A stretch of DNA of 64,000 nucleotides from Lama glama. Lineage: Eukaryota. The notes under the pieces are model-generated. The model did no database searches and was not told where the DNA came from. It worked only from the letters and a program-made list of their open reading frames with translations. This document shows, in pieces, positions 63,581 through 64,000 of the stretch (within the stretch, counting starts at the first letter, position 1; every line of letters starts with the position of its first letter). The DNA lies in contig CM052817.1 of the NCBI GenBank assembly GCA_028534125.1, positions 84,012,001 through 84,076,000 on the forward strand, in the 5' to 3' direction. The translations under genes were made by a program, and so were the position numbers.

Positions 63581-64000
63581 TGTAGAAAAATTTCCCTTTT
63601 CTCTTCTAGGTTCTTTGGTTCTAGGTTCTGGTCTAATAATTAAATTGATATAAAACAGATTAACAGGAGAAAAACAAACAAAAGTTTAATAACATGTATA
63701 CCTGCTGTATACGTGAGGGATGCCCAGGAAAATTGAGTAACTCTCTGCAATGGCTGAAGTCATCACCTTAAATACCAACTTCAGTTAAAGACAAAATAAG
63801 ATGTTGGAAGAGGGGAGTCAATTATGGGAGGTTACTAGGAAAAGCACAGTAAACAAGGGTAAGGTTGTTATACAGATTGAAGTTGTTGCCTTCTCCATTG
63901 ACAAGAGTTTCTTATGATTTAGAGTCATCCTTGTCTTCCTGTACAGAGAGGGAGACACATTTACAAATGAAAATTTCCCTTGTGCATGTAAATGGTTGTT
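63581..64000 (-). mobile_element. MER34-family solo LTR (runs off window)
   Basis: Begins with TG. Body aligns with 62670-62990 ('taaacaagggtaaggttgtta', 'ttagagtcatcctt', 'gtacagagagggaga'); its end aligns with the reverse complement of 6170-6261. Confidence 0.85.

Noticed and set aside
1..64000. Short six-frame ORFs as protein-coding genes
   Set aside because: All are under 175 aa, many start at GTG/TTG, overlap repeats, and show no recognisable domain apart from L1 ORF2 remnants.
1..64000. Novel multi-gene system, CRISPR array or operon
   Set aside because: The sequence is mammalian repeat-rich DNA with no repeat-spacer array, no long ORFs and no foreign-composition island visible.
62091..64000. 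Paired MER34-like LTRs as one provirus
   Set aside because: The spacer is only ~460 bp containing an MLT1 fragment, with no PBS/gag/pol, and the LTR 3' ends differ.

Overview
Repeat-rich, CpG-poor mammalian non-coding DNA (intron or intergenic), most likely from a camelid. It carries a tRNA-Ala-derived Vic-1-type SINE and cetartiodactyl-type L1 3' ends, and I saw no Alu, B1, Bov-A/BovB, PRE-1 or Can-SINE. I recognise no protein-coding gene, RNA gene or CRISPR array. The only ORFs with recognisable protein similarity are decayed L1 ORF2 fragments. The window is a layered record of transposition: MIR, L2, L3, old and young L1, MaLR/ERV solo LTRs, and hAT/Tigger MITEs, several with readable target-site duplications and nesting. 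Repeat-poor, CpG- or TAAT-rich blocks (about 12.4-12.7, 40.5-41.1, 51.9-52.3 and 53.7-55.0 kb) may be conserved regulatory elements or unannotated exons. There is one 100-N gap inside a young L1. I found no evidence of a novel multi-gene system; the findings are modest structural observations. Repeat family names come from my recollection of consensus sequences and need RepeatMasker/Dfam confirmation. Boundaries of old repeats are approximate.
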